64,000 bases of DNA from an uncultured Gemmatimonadaceae bacterium (GTDB lineage: Bacteria > Gemmatimonadota > Gemmatimonadetes > Gemmatimonadales > Gemmatimonadaceae), in assembly GCA_963740355.1 (NCBI GenBank), contig CAVUDW010000002.1, positions 320,001 through 384,000 of the forward strand. The letters run 5' to 3'. This document shows, piece by piece, positions 20,536 through 29,736 of this stretch. Position numbers and translations under genes: made by a program. Below the pieces are notes generated by a model that was not told the origin of the DNA, made no database searches, and saw only the letters and a list, made by a program, of their open reading frames with translations. Each line of letters starts with the position of its first letter. Within the stretch, counting starts at the first letter, position 1.

Positions 20536-22886
20536 GCGGGCTCCTTTGCAGTGCCGGCACCCGCCAGCGCTGCCTGTGCGGCCTTCTCCCGCGCAAAGAG
20601 CGACTCCATCTGAGGCTTCGCTGTGCGGTACTGCTTCGGCCACGTGAGCCCGGTGTAGCCGATGCGCGCGGCTTCCGTCAGCGTCCAGGCGGGATTCGCG
20701 AGGTGCGGACGCGCAACAGCGCACAGGTCGGCACGACCCGCCGCGATGATGCTGTTCACATGGTCGGCTTCCGAAATCGCACCGACGGCGATGGTCGCAA
20801 TGCCACCTTCGTTCCGGATCCGATCAGAGAAGGGCGTCTGGAACATCCGACCGTACACCGGCTTCTCCTTCTTGCTCACCTGACCCGATGAGCAATCGAT
20901 CATGTCGGCACCTGCTGCCTTGAACGCACGTGCAATCATGATGGCTTCATCGGGCGTGATTCCGCCGGGCACCCAATCATGCGCTGAAATGCGGACCGAC
21001 ATCGGCAGGTGCGTCGGCCAGACTGCGCGCATGGCCGCAAACACCTCGAGCGGATATCGAAGTCGATTCTCCAGCGAGCCACCGTATTCGTCGTCGCGCT
21101 GGTTGGTGAGCGGCGAGATGAACGACGACAGCAGATACCCATGTGCGCAGTGCAGCTCGAGCCAGTCCACGCCGGCATCGGCCGCCCATCGCGTACTCTG
21201 GACGAACTGCGCCGTCACCAGGTCCATCTCTTCGCGCGTCATGGCGTGAGACACCTGGCTTACGTCGGCCAGATACTGCTGCGGTGACGCCGACATCACC
21301 GGCCAATTGCCCGACTCCAGTGGCCGATCGATCCCCTCCCACGCGAGGCGTGTCGACCCCTTGGCACCGGAGTGCCCAAGCTGCAGCGCGAACTTCGCGT
21401 CGCTGTTGACATGAATCCAGTTCGCAATGCGAGCCCAGGCATCGCGCTGCCCTTCCGTCCAGAGTCCGGGACACCCGGGCGTGATGCGCCCTTCCGGACT
21501 GACACAGGTCATCTCGGCGAACACCAGGCCAGCGCCGCCCATCGCGCGTGCACCGAGATGCACCAGGTGGTAGTCGCCCGCAATGCCATCAACCGCCGAG
21601 TACTGCGCCATCGGCGACACGACGACGCGATTCTTCAGCGTCACGCTGCGCACGGTGTACGGCGTGAACATCGGCGGTGGTGCCGGCGTCCCTTCGGCGA
21701 GGGGCAACCCTGCGCGCTCGGCAAACCATCGCTCGAACCCGTCCAGCCAGTGCTTGTCGCGCAGGCGAAGATTTTCATGCGAGATGCGCTGCGACCGCGT
21801 CAGCAGCGAATACATGAACTGCTCCGGCGGCAGCGAGTCGGCGTATCGTTCGCCCACGTTCTCGAACCACTCCATCGCATTCCAGGCGGCGTTCTGGAGC
21901 CGCAGCACATCGATCGCGCGCACTTTCTGGTACTCCGCCAGCACCGCCGGAATCGACGAGCGCGTTTGGCCTAGTACACCGAACTGCCGCGCCAGCTCGA
22001 TCGCGTCCTCGATAGCCAGCTTCGTGCCGGAGCCAATGGCGAAATGTGCGGTGTGCACCGCGTCGCCCATCAGCACCACGTGGCTACGACCGTTGAAGTG
22101 TGACCACTCGGCACACCGCACACGCTGGAAGTTGAGCCATGCCGAACCACGCAAGTGCCGCGCGTTGGTCATCAGCGTGTGGCCCTCGAGTGTGCGCGCG
22201 AAGAGTCGCTCGCAGAAGGCCACCGACTGATCGGCGTCTGCCGTGTCGAGGCCATGCGCCTTCCAGACATGCTCTGGCGTCTCGACGATGAAGGTGCTGG
22301 TCTCGTCGTCGAACTTGTAGATGTGCGCCTGGAACCAGCCGTGCTCTGTCTTCTCGAAGGTGAAGTTGAAGGCGTCCCACAGTCGTTTGGTGCCGAGCCA
22401 GATGTAGCGATTGGGCCGGGTGACGATGTCGGGCTGGAAGACCGCCTCGTATTTCGTGCGGATCTTCGAGTTGATGCCGTCCGATGCGATGATCAGGTCG
22501 GCGTCAGGAAAATCCTCATCCGAGTTCACGTCCTGCTCGAATCGCAGCGCGACGCCCAGCTCTTCGCACCGTGCCTGCAGGATGTTGAGCAGTCGTTTGC
22601 GGCCGATGCCGATGAAACCGTGGCCACCACTGCGGATGGTGCGGCCCTTGAAATCGAGCTCGATATCGTCCCAATGCACGAACGACGATTCGATGGCGTT
22701 GGCCGTCGGCACATCGCAGCGCCGCATGTTCTCGAGAGTCTGGTCTGAGAAGACCACGCCCCAGCCGAAGGTGTCGTACGGCTTGTTGCGCTCCACCACG
22801 GTGATGTCGTGTGTGGGATCGAGCTTCTTCATCAACAGGGCGAAGTAGAGCCCTGCCGGCCCGCCACCGACACACACGATCTTCAT
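20532..22886 (-). CDS. abmA: Bifunctional anthraniloyl-CoA monooxygenase/reductase (salicylyl-CoA 5-hydroxylase family)
   Basis: N-terminal FAD monooxygenase ([33 protein letters not shown]) fused to an OYE domain ([18 protein letters not shown]); 784 aa. Confidence 0.92.
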   Translation of the reverse strand: MKIVCVGGGPAGLYFALLMKKLDPTHDITVVERNKPYDTFGWGVVFSDQTLENMRRCDVPTANAIESSFVHWDDIELDFKGRTIRSGGHGFIGIGRKRLLNILQARCEELGVALRFEQDVNSDEDFPDADLIIASDGINSKIRTKYEAVFQPDIVTRPNRYIWLGTKRLWDAFNFTFEKTEHGWFQAHIYKFDDETSTFIVETPEHVWKAHGLDTADADQSVAFCERLFARTLEGHTLMTNARHLRGSAWLNFQRVRCAEWSHFNGRSHVVLMGDAVHTAHFAIGSGTKLAIEDAIELARQFGVLGQTRSSIPAVLAEYQKVRAIDVLRLQNAAWNAMEWFENVGERYADSLPPEQFMYSLLTRSQRISHENLRLRDKHWLDGFERWFAERAGLPLAEGTPAPPPMFTPYTVRSVTLKNRVVVSPMAQYSAVDGIAGDYHLVHLGARAMGGAGLVFAEMTCVSPEGRITPGCPGLWTEGQRDAWARIANWIHVNSDAKFALQLGHSGAKGSTRLAWEGIDRPLESGNWPVMSASPQQYLADVSQVSHAMTREEMDLVTAQFVQSTRWAADAGVDWLELHCAHGYLLSSFISPLTNQRDDEYGGSLENRLRYPLEVFAAMRAVWPTHLPMSVRISAHDWVPGGITPDEAIMIARAFKAAGADMIDCSSGQVSKKEKPVYGRMFQTPFSDRIRNEGGIATIAVGAISEADHVNSIIAAGRADLCAVARPHLANPAWTLTEAARIGYTGLTWPKQYRTAKPQMESLFAREKAAQAALAGAGTAKEPA

Positions 22887-22974
22887 CCGGTCTCCCCTGG
22901 AGGTGCGAGGGGAGACTGGGCGTCGATCCTTTAGTTGTCAAGTGTCGTGGTGGGCCGCTGGTCGTGCCGAGGGA

Positions 22975-23802
22975 TCAACCCTTGGCGAAGGCGATCATTT
23001 CCGCGCTCACCTGTGGTCCGTGGGTGGCGGTCATGCCGTGGGGCGCGCCATCCAGCACCACCAGCGTGCTGCCGGGAATCGTCGACGCGGTCAACTTGCC
23101 CGAAATCTCGAACGGGACGATCCGATCTGCGGAGCCGTGGAGCACCAGCGTGGGGATGGTGATCTTGGCCAGGTCGCCGCGGAAATCCGTGGTGCCGAAG
23201 GCACGGATGCATTCATACGTGCCGACGGGCGACGCGGCGTAGGCGATCCACTTCGCGAACTCGATCGCGTCGGTCGGAAAGTCCGCCGCGCTCACCTCGA
23301 AATTGAAGAAGTTCGGGAAGAAATTCGCGAGGAACGCCACCCGATCGGCTCGCACGCCGGCCATCATGCCATCGAATAGCGCCTGATCGGCGCCGGTCGG
23401 GTTGTCGGGCGTCTTGAGCAGGAATGGCGGCACCGCGCTGATGAACATCGCCTTGGCGATCCGGTCGCTGCCATGTGTACCGAGGTACCGAGCGACCTCA
23501 CCGCCACCCATCGAGAAGCCGGCGAGGATCACATCCTTCAGGTCGAGCGTCGTGATCAGGTCCTTCAGGTCGTTCGCGAAGGTGTCGTAGTCGTAGCCAG
23601 ACGCTGGCCGCTCTGATTCACCGAAGCCGCGACGATCGTAGGCGATCACGCGAAACCCGGCGTCCACCAGCGCGGCAATCTGGCCTTCCCACATCCGATG
23701 GCTGAGTGGCCATCCATGAATGAGCACCACCGGCTGACCGCTGCCGTGGTCTTCGAAATACAGCTGGACTGGTGGCTTGGAATGTGTCGTGACGTGCGGC
23801 AT
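22975..23802 (-). CDS. Alpha/beta hydrolase, non-heme chloroperoxidase/arylesterase family
   Basis: HGWP, YDRRGFG, GFSMGG and APHG motifs. Confidence 0.92.
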   Translation of the reverse strand: MPHVTTHSKPPVQLYFEDHGSGQPVVLIHGWPLSHRMWEGQIAALVDAGFRVIAYDRRGFGESERPASGYDYDTFANDLKDLITTLDLKDVILAGFSMGGGEVARYLGTHGSDRIAKAMFISAVPPFLLKTPDNPTGADQALFDGMMAGVRADRVAFLANFFPNFFNFEVSAADFPTDAIEFAKWIAYAASPVGTYECIRAFGTTDFRGDLAKITIPTLVLHGSADRIVPFEISGKLTASTIPGSTLVVLDGAPHGMTATHGPQVSAEMIAFAKG

Positions 23803-23918
23803 TGCTCACCTCGTTGCGCGTTGAATCCGAAAAGCAATCGTCTGGATTCAAGTGTACTGATCGCGCGTCACCGAGCGCACTGAACCGCGCTGGTACATCG
23901 GGAACGATCCCGTCACGA

Positions 23919-24719
23919 TCAGGACGCGCGCACCACCTCGCGAACGGTGCCAGCGAGCCACGACGGGCCGGCATCGCTGATGACGAGGTCGATCTCGCGC
24001 AGGTCGGCCACCGCGTACGGCGCGACCATGTCGTGTTTCGTCGCATCGGCGAGTACTGCACATGACGCGGCCGACTCGATCATGGCGCGCTTGACATGTG
24101 CATCGCCGGCAATCGACGTGGTGAGCCCGGCGCGTTGATGCAGCGCACAGGCGCCGAGGAAGGCCCAGTCGGCACGATGCGCGCGAATGGTGGCCTGCGC
24201 CTGATCACCATAGAACTCGCGGGTCTCGTGCGACCAGGTGCCACCGGCCAGCACCAGCTGCACGGTGGGGTCGTTCGCGAACAGCGCCGCCACGTCGAAT
24301 GCGGCGGTGATGATCGTCAGCGGACGTGGTGCATCGGGTGACGCGAGAATCTGCGCCAGTGCGAGCGTCGTGCTGCCACCATCGATGAAGAGCGCCTGGT
24401 GTGCATGCACGCGCTCGGCCGCCGAGCGCGCGATGGCGCGTTTCGAGCTGGCGCGCACATCGACGCGTTGCGCCATCGGCAGGGCGGTTGTGTAAAGAGC
24501 GACTGCACCGCCGTGGGTCTTCTGTACCAGTCCGCGCGAGGCCAGCAGACGGAGGTCCCGTCGGATGGTATCCTCCGATAGCCCGTACTCTGCGGCCAGC
24601 GCCGATACCTCTACCCGGCCCTGCTCGCGGAGGGTGGCCGCGATCCGGGCCTGACGCTCCTGCGCAAAGCGCGGGCTGTCGTCGGAGGTCGGTGTTCCGG
24701 GAGTCTTGGGATGAGCCAT
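23919..24719 (-). CDS. DeoR/GlpR-family transcriptional regulator
   Basis: SEDTIRRDL HTH; FIDGGSTT sensor domain. Confidence 0.93.
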   Translation of the reverse strand: MAHPKTPGTPTSDDSPRFAQERQARIAATLREQGRVEVSALAAEYGLSEDTIRRDLRLLASRGLVQKTHGGAVALYTTALPMAQRVDVRASSKRAIARSAAERVHAHQALFIDGGSTTLALAQILASPDAPRPLTIITAAFDVAALFANDPTVQLVLAGGTWSHETREFYGDQAQATIRAHRADWAFLGACALHQRAGLTTSIAGDAHVKRAMIESAASCAVLADATKHDMVAPYAVADLREIDLVISDAGPSWLAGTVREVVRAS

Positions 24720-24754
24720 GAGATGAAAGTTACTCAATTTTGTGTCCGTACACT

Positions 24755-24788
24755 TGCACGAACGTGCACGTTCGTGCATCTTCGTGCA
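24755..24788. promoter_or_regulatory. Putative DeoR operator
   Basis: Perfect 24-bp palindrome TGCACGAACGTGCACGTTCGTGCA (24755-24778) plus a further TTCGTGCA; TGCA recurs every 10 bp between divergent deoR and MFS genes. Confidence 0.7.
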
Positions 24789-24820
24789 GTGACCAGATAC
24801 ACCCCTCTTGCCGAGAGGCG

Positions 24821-26062
24821 ATGATGCCCCCCGACTCGACCGCATTCGCTGGCCGTCGACCACGCTCCGTGCTGTCCCGGGCGCGCTGGGCGACCCGTGC
24901 CCAGTTCCTCAACCTCGGCTTCGTCGCCGGTGTCTGGGGTGTGCACGTACCGTCCATCAAGGGGCAGTACGCCCTCGATGAACGCTCCCTGGCTGGTGCG
25001 CTGCTGGCGACCAGCGTCGGTTCGTTGTTGACGCTTACGATCGCGGGCCGGACGGTGGGTCGGTTGGGCGCCCGCAACACCTCTGTCCTTGCTGGCTGGG
25101 GCTTCTGCCTCGCGCTCGGCCTGTCGCTCGTGCTTCCGGGCTATTGGGCCCTCGTGCCGGCAATGATGCTCCTGGGCGCCAGCGAAAGCGTCTTCGACGT
25201 GGCGATCAATGCGGAAGGCACCACGCTCGAGACCCTCAGCGGGCGTGCGGTCATGAGCGGCTTTCACGGCATGTTCAGCCTTGGCGCCATGGCCGGCGCG
25301 GCGTCGGCCGCGCTGATGTTGCGCGCCTCGGTGCCGGCCTGGACGCAACTGATTGCCGTCGGCACGGTGGTGGCGGTCTCGATTGTCGTGTCTTCGCGCG
25401 GAATGCTCGAGTCACACCCCGCTCCCGAGTCGTCACAGGCGCACTTCACCTGGCCGAAGGGCACGCTGCTGCTGGTCGGCATGCTGATCTGCTTCGGCAT
25501 GTTGGCCGAAGGGGTGATGTACAACTGGAGCGTGTTGTACGTGAACCAGGAACTGCACGCGCCGCAGGACCTCGCCGCCATCGCGTACGTGTCCTTTGCC
25601 GGTGCCACGGCCGCGATGCGTTTCGCCGGTGATTCCGTGCGCGCCCGCGTCTCCGAACGCACGATGCTGGTGGCAGGACCGACGGTATCGGCGATCGCCA
25701 TGCTGCTCGTGTTGCTCGTTGGCCGGCCCTGGTTTGCGATGGTCGGTTTTGCGGTGGTTGGAATCGGACTCGCGACGGTGGTGCCGATTCTCTACAACGC
25801 CGCGACGCGCGTGCCGGGCGTGAGTCGGGCCGCCGCCATCGCGTCGGTGTCGTCCATCGGCTACGTCGGTTTCATGATCGGTCCGCCGATCATCGGTGGC
25901 ATCGCACACGCCACCACGCTCACGATTGCGATGGGCACACTGATCGTGGCCGCCGTGATCCTGATCATCGGTGCACGTCGAGTACCCGATGCAGCACCAG
26001 CCACGTCGCGTGCTGTGCCGAAGACCAGCGGGACCCTCGCCCCGCATCACGCTGGGAACTGA
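24821..26062 (+). CDS. MFS transporter
   Basis: About 12 TM helices; DVAINA, MSGFHG.FSLG and YVGFMIGPPIIG motifs. Confidence 0.9.
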   Translation: MMPPDSTAFAGRRPRSVLSRARWATRAQFLNLGFVAGVWGVHVPSIKGQYALDERSLAGALLATSVGSLLTLTIAGRTVGRLGARNTSVLAGWGFCLALGLSLVLPGYWALVPAMMLLGASESVFDVAINAEGTTLETLSGRAVMSGFHGMFSLGAMAGAASAALMLRASVPAWTQLIAVGTVVAVSIVVSSRGMLESHPAPESSQAHFTWPKGTLLLVGMLICFGMLAEGVMYNWSVLYVNQELHAPQDLAAIAYVSFAGATAAMRFAGDSVRARVSERTMLVAGPTVSAIAMLLVLLVGRPWFAMVGFAVVGIGLATVVPILYNAATRVPGVSRAAAIASVSSIGYVGFMIGPPIIGGIAHATTLTIAMGTLIVAAVILIIGARRVPDAAPATSRAVPKTSGTLAPHHAGN

Positions 26063-26189
26063 TTCTCACTGCGCATCGTCGTTCAGCCAAAATTCATGTA
26101 GCGCGGCGGATCCACCGATCTGTCGCGCTACTGTCGTTCGGGGCTATTCCGACCGATGCAGTCTTCGGTGACATTCGGCGCTTCAAAAA

Positions 26190-26349
26190 GCAATGAGGGG
26201 GAGGCCACGGAGCTCACGGAGTGCGACCTTCGCCGCCAGCGGTGCAGCGCGGGCTTTGCGGGAAACACTCCTAGGACAAAGATGCTACCGGCGCGTTGCG
26301 CGACCTTTCGATCACGGCGCACTCCGTGAGCTCCGTGGCCTCCCGCTCA
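26190..26349. repeat. REP-like inverted repeat pair (family C)
   Basis: GGGAGGCCACGGAGCTCACGGAGTGCG and its reverse complement about 90 bp apart; 35 bp are identical to 42882-42916. Confidence 0.88.
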
Positions 26350-26467
26350 CATGCAGTTTCCCTCGGCCAGCACTGACGCTTCGGTTTTTCGCGTTGCCGC
26401 GTGCATGTTAAACAGCGTCTCTCCCCGCCTGACCGTAGTCTCCCTGTCTCCAACTGGACCGGTCCAC

Positions 26468-29400
26468 GTGCGTCAGTCCCTGTTCCGTCGCGCCCTGCTT
26501 GTCTTGGCCTGTGGTGCGACGTTGCCGTCTTTCCTTGCTGCGCAGCAGCCAGACATCTCCTCATCAATGCACTGGCGTCACATCGGCCCGGTGCGCGGTG
26601 GTCGGGCCCGCGCCATCGCTGGCGTGCCGAGCCAACCCAACGTGTTCTACGCCGGCTTCGACAACGGCGGTGTCTGGCGGTCCACGGACTACGGCTCGAA
26701 CTGGGTGCCGCTGTTCGACAAGGAAGGCACGGGCTCGATCGGCGCAATCGCGGTGGCACCGTCCAACCCGAACGTGATCTACGTGGGTACCGGCGCGGGC
26801 ATCATTCGCCCCGACCTGGCGGTTGGTGACGGCATGTACAAGTCCACCGACGGTGGCGCGACGTGGGAGCATCTGGGGCTCCGTAACAGCCAGATGATCG
26901 CCATGATCGACGTCGATCCGAACAACCCCGATCGGCTCTTCGTGGCGGTGCTCGGCCATCCATATGGTCCGAATCCGGAACGCGGCATCTTCCGTTCACT
27001 CGACGGCGGCAAGTCCTTCGAGCGTGTGTTGTATCGCGATGAGTACACCAGCGCGAACGACGTGCGCATCGACGCGAAGAATCCGAACATTCTCTATGCC
27101 ACGCTCTGGCAGCAGCAGCAGAGCTTCATCGAAGGGCAGGGCTTCACGGGTCCGGGCGGCTTCTTCAAGTCGACCGATGGCGGCACGACCTGGCGCCAGA
27201 TCACGGAAGGTTTGCCGGTACTGAACCAGGCCAACCTCGCGCTGTCGGCGAGCAACCCGAACGTGTTGTACGCCACGGTCGCCAACATCGCGACGGCGAC
27301 GGTGCCGAGCACGGTGTCGTTCTACAAGTCGGCGGATGCGGGTGAGCATTGGTCGCTGGCGGTCGCGATGCCGGGCATGCCGAGCCAGGCCGGACGTATC
27401 ACCGACAGCCGTCCGATGGGCCGTATCGGTGGCGGTGACCTGCCCACGCTATACGTCGATCCGAAGGACGAGAACGTGGTCTACAGTGCGTCGACGGTGA
27501 TGTGGCGCACCGAGGATGCGGGGTATTCATGGAGCGCGGTCCGTGGTGCTCCGGGTGGTGATGACTACCAGAAGATCTGGATCAACCCGATCGATCCCAA
27601 GATCGTCTTCGCCGTCAGCGACCAGGGCGCCGTCGTCTCCGCCAATCGTGGGCTGTCGTGGAGCAACTGGTACACGCAGCCGACGGCCGCCATGTATCAC
27701 GTCACCACCGACAATGCCTTCCCGTATCGCGTGTGCAGCGGCCAGCAGGACTCTGGGTCAGCGTGCGTCGCGAGTCGTTCCGACGATGGCCAGATCACGT
27801 TCCATGACTGGCATCCGGTGAACATCCAGGAGTACGGGATTGCGGCGCCTGATCCGCGCGATCCCGACATGGTGTACGGCAGCATGCGGAGCGGTGTGTC
27901 GCTCTACAACCGCAAGACCGCGCAGACGACGTATGTCGGCCCGGACATGGAAGGCTTTGCGCGCAACGTGCGCACGATGCCGTTGCACTTCTCACCGGCC
28001 AAGCCCGACGTGTTGTTCTACGCCTCGAACGCCGTCTGGAAGACGCTCGATCGTGGCAAGAACTGGACGCGCATCAGCCCGGACCTCACGCGCCAGACGT
28101 GGGCCGTGCCTGCCACGGCGGGGCAGTATGCGAGCAGCGTGAAGGTGGCGCCGGCGGGATCGATTACGGCACTGGCCCTGTCGCCGAAGGATGTGAACGT
28201 GATTTGGTCCGGCAGTGACGATGGGTCGCTGCAGGTGACGATGAACGGCGGTGCCAGCTGGTCGAATGTGACGCCGCCGGAGGTCAAGCCGTGGGCGCGC
28301 ATCTACAATCTCGAGGCGGGGCAGTTCGACACGAAGACTGCGTATGCGGCGGTGAACACGCTGCGTCTCGACGACCTCAACCCACACTTCTTCCGCACCC
28401 ATGATGGCGGCAAGACGTGGACCGAGATCAACACCGGCATCGCCGCCGGTGCAGCGGCCAACTCGATTCGCGAAGATCCTCGCCGCAAGGGCCTGCTTTA
28501 CGCGGCCACCGATCTTCAGGTCTGGGTCAGCTACGACGATGGCGATCACTGGGAATCGCTGCGGCTGGACATGCCGGCGATCTCGGTGCGCGACCTGCAG
28601 GTCAAGGACGACAGCACCTGCATGTGCTCCGACCTGGTGATCGGCACACATGGTCGTGGTTTCTGGATTCTCGACAACATCACGACGTTGCGGCAGGTCG
28701 CCGAGGCGCGCGCGGCAACCGCGGCATATCTGTTCAAGCCGCCGACAGCCGTGCGGGTTCGCTTCGCAACAAACGATCCGACACCGTGGGCACCGGAAGT
28801 GCCGGCGGGTGAAAACCCGCTCCCTGGTGGCATCATCGACTACCGACTCGGGGCCGATGCGTCGGGGCCGGTGACGATGGAAATCCTCGACGCGGCCAGT
28901 CGAGTCGTTCGCCGCTATACGAGCAATGAGCCGGTCCTCGATCCCCATCCGGCGTTCGACATGGCCGCCTACAATCGCGTCTGCCAGAAGACACCGACGG
29001 CAACCTTCTGCGGCCTGCCACTGTACTGGCCTGCGAAGCCGATCCAGCTGTCGACGAAAGCTGGCATGCACCGATTCGCATGGGACCTGCACTACGACCC
29101 GATCCCGCCCGAGGACATCACCGACAATGGTGATGACGATGCGACTGGTGCCGTGCCGCACCGCACATACCCAGTGGTGAATGCACCATGGGCACCACCG
29201 GGACAGTACACGGTGCGACTGACGGTGAACGGCACGAAGTACACCCAGCCGCTCACGCTCAAGCTCGATCCGCGTGTGCGCACCTCTGCGGTCGCCATGA
29301 CGCAGGTGGCCACACTCTCCCGTGAGATGTGGGCCGGCTCGATCGCTGCGTATAACGCCAATCGCACCGCTCGGGCGCTCTCGGCGGCATTGGGCAGTGG

Positions 29401-29734
29401 CGCCGATGTCGCGGCATTCAAGGCGCAGCTCGATTCCATCGCGCCGGAAGTGCCGCGTGCGCGCGCTCGTTTCCGTCGTCGCGGGCCAGCTGGTCCCACG
29501 CCGACGCTCTCGGCGGCGAGCAATGGCATGATGGCCGCCGCGATGGCGATGCAGACGGCCGATGTGGCGCCGACCGCGACGCAGGTCGCCGCCTGCACCG
29601 CAGCACGGGCTCAGGGTGCGGCGGCGATGGCAAAGTGGAATACGCTTCGTACGACCGGTCTCGCGGCGCTGAATGCGTCACGTCGCGCCGCAGGCCAGAC
29701 GCCAATCACCATTCCTGAACTGCCGAGCAACTGA
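26468..29734 (+). CDS. VPS10/BNR (Asp-box) repeat beta-propeller protein, secreted
   Basis: WRHIGP.RGGR start and many S.DGG.TW Asp-boxes; signal peptide. Confidence 0.88.
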   Translation: MRQSLFRRALLVLACGATLPSFLAAQQPDISSSMHWRHIGPVRGGRARAIAGVPSQPNVFYAGFDNGGVWRSTDYGSNWVPLFDKEGTGSIGAIAVAPSNPNVIYVGTGAGIIRPDLAVGDGMYKSTDGGATWEHLGLRNSQMIAMIDVDPNNPDRLFVAVLGHPYGPNPERGIFRSLDGGKSFERVLYRDEYTSANDVRIDAKNPNILYATLWQQQQSFIEGQGFTGPGGFFKSTDGGTTWRQITEGLPVLNQANLALSASNPNVLYATVANIATATVPSTVSFYKSADAGEHWSLAVAMPGMPSQAGRITDSRPMGRIGGGDLPTLYVDPKDENVVYSASTVMWRTEDAGYSWSAVRGAPGGDDYQKIWINPIDPKIVFAVSDQGAVVSANRGLSWSNWYTQPTAAMYHVTTDNAFPYRVCSGQQDSGSACVASRSDDGQITFHDWHPVNIQEYGIAAPDPRDPDMVYGSMRSGVSLYNRKTAQTTYVGPDMEGFARNVRTMPLHFSPAKPDVLFYASNAVWKTLDRGKNWTRISPDLTRQTWAVPATAGQYASSVKVAPAGSITALALSPKDVNVIWSGSDDGSLQVTMNGGASWSNVTPPEVKPWARIYNLEAGQFDTKTAYAAVNTLRLDDLNPHFFRTHDGGKTWTEINTGIAAGAAANSIREDPRRKGLLYAATDLQVWVSYDDGDHWESLRLDMPAISVRDLQVKDDSTCMCSDLVIGTHGRGFWILDNITTLRQVAEARAATAAYLFKPPTAVRVRFATNDPTPWAPEVPAGENPLPGGIIDYRLGADASGPVTMEILDAASRVVRRYTSNEPVLDPHPAFDMAAYNRVCQKTPTATFCGLPLYWPAKPIQLSTKAGMHRFAWDLHYDPIPPEDITDNGDDDATGAVPHRTYPVVNAPWAPPGQYTVRLTVNGTKYTQPLTLKLDPRVRTSAVAMTQVATLSREMWAGSIAAYNANRTARALSAALGSGADVAAFKAQLDSIAPEVPRARARFRRRGPAGPTPTLSAASNGMMAAAMAMQTADVAPTATQVAACTAARAQGAAAMAKWNTLRTTGLAALNASRRAAGQTPITIPELPSN

Positions 29735-29736
29735 GA

